A stretch of DNA of 60,181 nucleotides, counting the filler. It is 5 parts of 5 records of this genome, joined end to end, with 100 filler letters (N's around TTAATTAATTAA, not from the genome) between each part and the next. Parts side by side here need not be neighbours in the genome. Positions count along the whole stretch, not along the records: positions 53,004 to 60,181 come from SRR31147125_25209; 4 more parts are not named here. One strand, written 5' to 3'. Of the stretch, positions 54,750 through 60,181 are shown piece after piece (position 1 is the first letter of the stretch; each line of letters starts with the position of its first letter). Position numbers and translations under genes: made by a program. The notes beneath the pieces were generated by a model. It made no database searches, was not told where the DNA came from, and worked only from the letters and a program-made list of their open reading frames with translations.

Positions 54750-55769
54750 TTATTTACTTATATGGTTCGACTTATGTCTCACCGTCAACGCCACAGCAAC
54801 AAGAATGATAATTCCCTGTATACCGCTCTGAATATATGGATTGATTCCTAATAATATAAGTCCATTGTTCAGTACAGTAATGATCAGCGTACCCACAAGC
54901 GTATTAATTACGCCTCCTTTGCCGCCGGAAAGGGATGAACCACCAACAATAACCGCAGTAAGGGCGGGGAACATCGTCCCTTTTCCTATCATGATTTCGC
55001 CATGGCCTAAACGAATCGATCCTAAAATTCCGCCGATAGCTAGACATAGACCACAAAAAGCAAATACAAGTATTTTTACTCTATTGATATTTACACCTGA
55101 CATTCTGGTAACGGCTTCATTAGTACCAATAGCGTAAACATAACGACCAAACGGTGTGTATTTCTGCAAAATATACGCAATAAGAAAAACAAATAGTGCA
55201 ACCCAAGTAATAAACGGAATACCCAAGAAGTCTGCCTGCGCCAAGGATGAAAACAGCGGATCTTCAATTGTTGGCGGAATACCTCCGTAGGATAATATCC
55301 CGATACCAGTTGCAATACTGGACATTCCGAAAGACACCATAAATGTTGGGAGCTTCGCTTTTACGTGAATTGTTCCAATTATCGTACCTGATAAAAGCCC
55401 CATCATCAAAACAATAATGACACCTATTATACCAAGGTTTAAAGTATTTTGGTTATTTAACACCAATATTGAAAAAACTGAACCGGTCATCCCAACAACA
55501 CCGTCTATGGAAAGATCGATACTGCCGATAAGAATGACAAACGTCAATCCCAAAGCAATAATGAGCGGTATGGCCAGCTGATTTAATATAGATACTACAT
55601 TACTCAGGGTTGGGAAGCTTGTGCTGGCTGCTATAGAAAAGAATATAATCAGTGCCAAAAGCACAAAAACTGGTGCCCAGCGCATTATTATTAATGAGCG
55701 TTGCTCAGCTTTGATTTTTTGAGCAAACTCTTCATTTATCGTTAATGAATTCCTATTATTCTGTGGCAT
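54750..55769 (-). CDS. Sugar ABC permease
   Basis: GSIDLS, FGRYVYAIG and GGSSLSGGKG. Confidence 0.92.
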   Translation of the reverse strand: MPQNNRNSLTINEEFAQKIKAEQRSLIIMRWAPVFVLLALIIFFSIAASTSFPTLSNVVSILNQLAIPLIIALGLTFVILIGSIDLSIDGVVGMTGSVFSILVLNNQNTLNLGIIGVIIVLMMGLLSGTIIGTIHVKAKLPTFMVSFGMSSIATGIGILSYGGIPPTIEDPLFSSLAQADFLGIPFITWVALFVFLIAYILQKYTPFGRYVYAIGTNEAVTRMSGVNINRVKILVFAFCGLCLAIGGILGSIRLGHGEIMIGKGTMFPALTAVIVGGSSLSGGKGGVINTLVGTLIITVLNNGLILLGINPYIQSGIQGIIILVAVALTVRHKSNHISK

Positions 55770-55848
55770 TTTTTATTTCTCCCAATCTAATGATACGTTG
55801 ACATATTGTTTGTCCCAAAAGGAGGATGTCTTCTGTGTTTTGTTTGAA

Positions 55849-55877
55849 GCAGAAAGCCGTAAGAAACGGCTTTCTGC
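55849..55877 (-). terminator. Stem-loop after the binding-protein gene
   Basis: GCAGAAAGCCGT-aagaa-ACGGCTTTCTGC. Confidence 0.7.
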
Positions 55878-55902
55878 ATACAAACTTTTGTTTACTGACT
55901 TT

Positions 55903-57084
55903 CTATTCACCAGTATAAATCATATCAAACGGTTTAGAGAAGTCAAAGTTCGGCTTGTTGTTGATATACTCATCTTCGTAAGCAGCAACTGTGTCTGCTG
56001 AGATCATCAAGCCTTTTGTGTTGAACTCACGGAATTCCGGAGCAAGTTCAGGAACATTGATTTCGCCACGCCATGCATCGTAGGCAAGCGCTAATGAATA
56101 ACCAGCCTGGAGCCATCCATTTGAACCAACTGTAGCAACCATTTCACCGGTCTTAACGTAGTTTACAGCATCATCAATACCGTCAACGCCTACAACTTTA
56201 ACTGTTTTATCAAGCCCAGCATTTTTCAGAGCCTGAACAACACCAAGAGCCATGCTGTCATTTGCGCACCATATGCCATCAATGTCATCATACTTAGACA
56301 ACCAGGTTTCTACGATACCCAGAGCCTTCTTCGTATCCCAGTCGCCTGCTTGTTCTGCTAGCAGTTCAATATTCGGGTACTCTTCAAGCGCCATCTGAAG
56401 ACCTTTGAAACGGTCAGATGCGGAAGTGTTGCCCAGCATGCCCTGCACAGCAAGAATTTTGCCTTCGCCAGGAGTATCAAAGCTGTCAAACATTGCAGCT
56501 GCGATATCATAACCTGATTTTACATTGTCGGGTGTATGATGTGCAATCCAGTAGTTGTAATCCAAAGGACTGATGTCATCTGGTTTACTCCAAACGGTTA
56601 CAAGATATACACCAGCGTCTTCGCAAATATCAGCTATAGTCGGTGTGATTGCCGAATCGTTTGGGTCAAGGTAAATGATTGCATTGCCGCCAGATTTAGC
56701 AATAAACGCCTTTACGTCATTCGCCTGCTTTTCACTGGAGCTGTCACATACTAATGTCTGAAGTTCGGCTTCCTGTCCGATCGAATTAAGGTAATCAACG
56801 AACATCTGAGCGCCTTCAATTTCAGTTACCTGGTACGGATTTGTCAGAGAACGGATAGATATACCGACATAAAGCTTTGTGCTCTTGTAGGAATCATCCT
56901 CCGCCGGCTGGTCCTGGTCCGCAGTATCTGTAGCTTCGCTCGTCTGCATATCGTCGGCCGTTGCTTCCGTCGGTTGTGTAGTTTCTTCTGTCTGATCAGC
57001 ATTATCCTGCGGTGTACACGCCGCAAAAACAACAGCTATCATTAGAAGAACAAGTACTAAGGATATTAACTTCTTCATTTGCAT
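55903..57084 (-). CDS. Sugar ABC substrate-binding lipoprotein
   Basis: Lipobox FAAC, an acidic linker, ANDSMALG and VVGVDG; GGAGG RBS. Confidence 0.92.
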   Translation of the reverse strand: MQMKKLISLVLVLLMIAVVFAACTPQDNADQTEETTQPTEATADDMQTSEATDTADQDQPAEDDSYKSTKLYVGISIRSLTNPYQVTEIEGAQMFVDYLNSIGQEAELQTLVCDSSSEKQANDVKAFIAKSGGNAIIYLDPNDSAITPTIADICEDAGVYLVTVWSKPDDISPLDYNYWIAHHTPDNVKSGYDIAAAMFDSFDTPGEGKILAVQGMLGNTSASDRFKGLQMALEEYPNIELLAEQAGDWDTKKALGIVETWLSKYDDIDGIWCANDSMALGVVQALKNAGLDKTVKVVGVDGIDDAVNYVKTGEMVATVGSNGWLQAGYSLALAYDAWRGEINVPELAPEFREFNTKGLMISADTVAAYEDEYINNKPNFDFSKPFDMIYTGE

Positions 57085-57133
57085 TTTCCTCCTTTTATTT
57101 CTTTGGGTTCTACCCAAACTTAAATATTCCAAA

Positions 57134-58645
57134 TCATTTTAACTTAGGATAAAAAGGTTTTAACGCTTGATAAAAGCCTTCGAAAAGCTGCTTTGATTTA
57201 TCATACGTATCTTGAACCTCTGGGTTGGGTGTATATTCCTTATTAATGTCAATAAACTTTTCGATTGCGCTGAAGTCTTTATATATCCCAACTCCGACAG
57301 CGCCAGTTACTGCGGCGCCCATGCTGGTTGCTTCCTCGACCATCGATGGAGTTCTTATTGGCAAATTATAGATATCAGACATCATCTGACACCACGTCTC
57401 TCCTTTTGCCCCTCCGCCGATAACAACCATATCGTTGATCTTTTCATATTTTTTAAATACATCAAGTATGATGTTTAAGTTATAAGTAATGCCTTCCATG
57501 ACTGAGCGAAGAAGGTCTTCACGTTTGTTCTCCATTTTGATACCGACAAATGCTCCTTTAGCATCTGAGTTCCATCTCGGAGAGCGCTCCCCCAGAAGAT
57601 ACGGCAAAAAGATAATGCCTTTTGCTCCCGGAGGAGACATTTCAATCTCTTCATTAATTACATCATACGGGTCTTTGCCAAGCTCTTTTGCCGTTTGCGT
57701 CTCCAGGCGGCACACTTCTTTTTTCAGCCAGCTATAAGAACCGCCTGCCGATTGCATGGTTCCGCAAGGAGTTACCATCCCTGGTACAATATGAACCCAG
57801 TTGAATGTACGCATTTCATCATCAAATATCGGTTTGTTAGCGCCGATGCTTATCCAGGCAGAAGACCCGACATAGCTATATGACTGTCCCTCTGCAATAA
57901 CACCTGCACCTAACGCCGCGCATAATCCGTCTCCGCCACCCATAACAACAGGCGTTCCCTCTGCCAGACCTGTTTCCATCGCCGCTTTTTGGGTAACCCC
58001 GCCGGGTGAAAATGTTGATTCTACTAATTCAGGAAGCTTTGAGCCGTCAATACCTACCGTATCTATAATCTCCTCTGACCACGACACTTGGTTTATGTCC
58101 AGCGCTGCCATGCCAGTTGCGTCGGTAAACTCACTGTAGAGTTTACCCGTAAGTTTGAATACTATATAGTCTTTCGCATTAACAGCTTTATACGTGTTTT
58201 CGTAAATTTCGGGTTCATTATTCTTGACCCATAGCAGCTTCTGCAATCCATAAGAAGCGCTGTTTCGGTGACCTGTAATATTATAAAACCGTTCTTGAGA
58301 TATTAATTCATTTATTTTCTCCGCTTCAGCCTGTGCCCTTTGATCTGCCCAGATAATCGCATTCCTTAGCGGCTCACCGTTTTTATCAAGGCAGAGGCAC
58401 CCCATCATTTGTCCCGAAAAACTAACTGAAGCAATTTCGCTGCTGTCTATATCCTCAACTATTTTTTGTGTAGTTTCACAAACAGCTTTCCACCATACCT
58501 GCGCATCTTGTTCAACCCAATATGAATTAAAGTAGTTTGTTTTATAAGGATAAACAATACTCTTTACCAATGAGCCATCAATATTGAATAGCGTCGCTTT
58601 ATTTCCTGAAGTACCAAGGTCATGCGCAAGTATGAATTTTTTCAT
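57134..58645 (-). CDS. xylB: FGGY carbohydrate kinase, xylulokinase-like
   Basis: HDLGTSGNKA, SGQMMG, WADQR, GGGDG, LPYLLGERSP and GGGAK. The true substrate is not certain. Confidence 0.8.
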   Translation of the reverse strand: MKKFILAHDLGTSGNKATLFNIDGSLVKSIVYPYKTNYFNSYWVEQDAQVWWKAVCETTQKIVEDIDSSEIASVSFSGQMMGCLCLDKNGEPLRNAIIWADQRAQAEAEKINELISQERFYNITGHRNSASYGLQKLLWVKNNEPEIYENTYKAVNAKDYIVFKLTGKLYSEFTDATGMAALDINQVSWSEEIIDTVGIDGSKLPELVESTFSPGGVTQKAAMETGLAEGTPVVMGGGDGLCAALGAGVIAEGQSYSYVGSSAWISIGANKPIFDDEMRTFNWVHIVPGMVTPCGTMQSAGGSYSWLKKEVCRLETQTAKELGKDPYDVINEEIEMSPPGAKGIIFLPYLLGERSPRWNSDAKGAFVGIKMENKREDLLRSVMEGITYNLNIILDVFKKYEKINDMVVIGGGAKGETWCQMMSDIYNLPIRTPSMVEEATSMGAAVTGAVGVGIYKDFSAIEKFIDINKEYTPNPEVQDTYDKSKQLFEGFYQALKPFYPKLK

Positions 58646-58674
58646 TTAATTCTCCGATGTATAGTTATGTTCAT

Positions 58675-58906
58675 TGTTATCGGTAACATCTGTGTATAAA
58701 AAAATTTGTTCATTAGATGTGTACTAATATTACTCACTATCGTGGTTTGTTTACCGGTAACAATATGTTATCGGTAACATTATAATATTAAGTAAATAAT
58801 ATTGTCAAGTGCTTTTGATCATTTTTTTATAGTATACCAGATAATATTGGTAGGGTTTTTATGTATGTTTAACATAAACTTCTAGTTTTTATGTTTACCG
58901 GTAACA
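58675..58906. promoter_or_regulatory. Four LacI-type operator palindromes around the kinase promoter
   Basis: TGTTATCGGTAACA at 58675 and 58766; GTTTACCGGTAACA at 58749 and 58893; TTGACA on the minus strand near 58803-58808. Confidence 0.8.
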
Positions 58907-58940
58907 AATAATCAGGATTAATTTATCGATAATCATCTTG

Positions 58941-59962
58941 TCAAGTGCCTTTGATAAATTTTTCAGAACCTCTGGCAACTAAATGTGCTTTCATTATTAT
59001 ATTATGTATGTGTGCATAATCATTCTTTATGTGCGAGACCAGAAGGTGCATAGCGTTGCGTCCCATTTGAATAGCATCTTTCTCCACAATAGTGATATTA
59101 CTTTTCAAGATTCCCAGTAATTCAATTTTGTCATATCCAATAAAGGCAATATCTTCCGGTATTTTTATATCTTTTTCAAACAAAAACTTTAGGCACCCCA
59201 TCGTTAACATATTATTGGCTGCTACAAAAGCGGTAACTCGGCGCTCTGATTCTACTATTTGTTTGGTTATCTTATATGCGCTTTCTTGAGTAAAATCATC
59301 AAAAACTATGTTATTTGGTTCATAAGGTATATTCATGTTCTTAAAAGCCAGTTTATAACCGTTTACCCTGTTTATTGCGAGTTTTAACCTTTTATTGCCG
59401 CCGAGTATTACAATATCACGATGGCCATTTTTTAAAAGAAGGTGGGTTGCATCATAGATAGCCTTTGTATCATCAAAGTAAACCCCGTTAAAATCGCTGT
59501 CCATAATTTTTCTGTCCACTAGCACAATCGGGATGTTCATTTTCTTAAATTCATTTATATACTGCTTATCGTATTCTTCCTGGCCTGTTACCGGAGTAAT
59601 AATAAGACCTTGGATTCGGTGTTCACTTAAAATCCTTAAAACTTTTTTTCTTTCATAATATTTTCATCAGTGTTAAAAAGCATCACCGTTAAATTATTCT
59701 TGTCTGCAATCTCTGTAACACCTTCAAATATCTCTACAAAAAATGGGTTCATTAACTCAGGAACAACCAAACCGATTATGCCGGTTTTATTTTTAGACAA
59801 TCCTCTGGCAAAGGCACTTGGAGTATAGTTAAGTTCTTCAATTACCTGGTTAACCTTTTCACGTGTTGATTCACTGACTTTCTTCGAATGGTTTATTACA
59901 CGAGATACAGTCGTATGAGAAACCCCAGCAATGTTTGCGATATCCCTAATTGTAACTGCCAT
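58941..59962 (-). CDS. LacI-family transcriptional regulator (frameshift at T-run near 59645)
   Basis: VTIRDIANIAGVSHTTVSRVIN, NYTPSAFARGL, IPIVLVDR and IPEDIAFIGYD. Confidence 0.93.
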
Positions 59963-59986
59963 ATTATCTTTCCTTTAAATAATCTT

Positions 59987-60032
59987 TGTTATCGGTAACA
60001 TTTATTATACGTTTATTCGATTTTAATGTCAA
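59987..60032 (-). promoter_or_regulatory. Consensus promoter and autoregulatory operator of the LacI gene
   Basis: TTGACA-17 nt-TATAAT (60032-60004), closely followed by TGTTACCGATAACA (60000-59987). Confidence 0.8.
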
Positions 60033-60181
60033 GAATCCGTACTCAAAGTTCGATGGTTTTGTTTTTCGCCAACCTGATTTATATTTTGTACAAAAAACTC
60101 ATCAGACAAAATAATTCCAGTAAAAAACTTAGTTCTTGTACAGTCAAATATATGATTTCGTAAACGGATTTCATTTTAAAA

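Noticed and set aside
756-59962. Programmed frameshifting or phase variation as the cause of split genes
   Set aside because: Splits hit unrelated genes in all five contigs at short homopolymers, so sequencing error is more parsimonious.
1-60181. rRNA, tRNA or CRISPR arrays
   Set aside because: No such sequence or regularly spaced direct repeats were seen in the intergenic regions by eye.

Overview
This window is not one locus. It is five contigs joined by 100-nt N/TTAATTAATTAA/N linkers: 1-15346, 15447-31213, 31314-38667, 38768-52903 and 53004-60181. Their gene content suggests different organisms, and many genes are split at homopolymer runs. Contig 1 (Clostridia-like) holds the main result, an apparently complete minus-strand RiPP cluster. 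It encodes a radical SAM/SPASM maturase, an acyl-carrier-like protein, an S8 protease fused to a P-loop (DUF1611/TIGR04066-like) domain, a BtrH/papain-like protein, a lipoprotein and two export systems, next to an IS66 remnant. It also carries six tandem 42-55 aa precursor genes (8690-9798) that the ORF track does not call correctly. They share a KK...E......[LV][YF][GAD]E leader and Asn/Cys-rich NxxC cores. Contig 2 is a Bacteroidota polysaccharide-utilisation region (CE12, GH115, GH42, two sulfatases, SusC/D, FecR, ECF sigma). Contig 3 is an amidohydrolase plus BMP-type ABC importer operon. Beside it sit an ANTAR response regulator and a histidine kinase with a degenerate ABC-ATPase N-terminus, and both leaders carry ANTAR-type hairpin/terminator elements. 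Contig 4 is an IclR-associated myo-inositol cluster (iolB, iolD, iolE, iolA, transaldolase, ABC importer) plus a chemoreceptor. Contig 5 is a LacI-associated FGGY kinase and sugar ABC importer operon with five operator copies. All family assignments come from reading motifs by eye; no searches were run.
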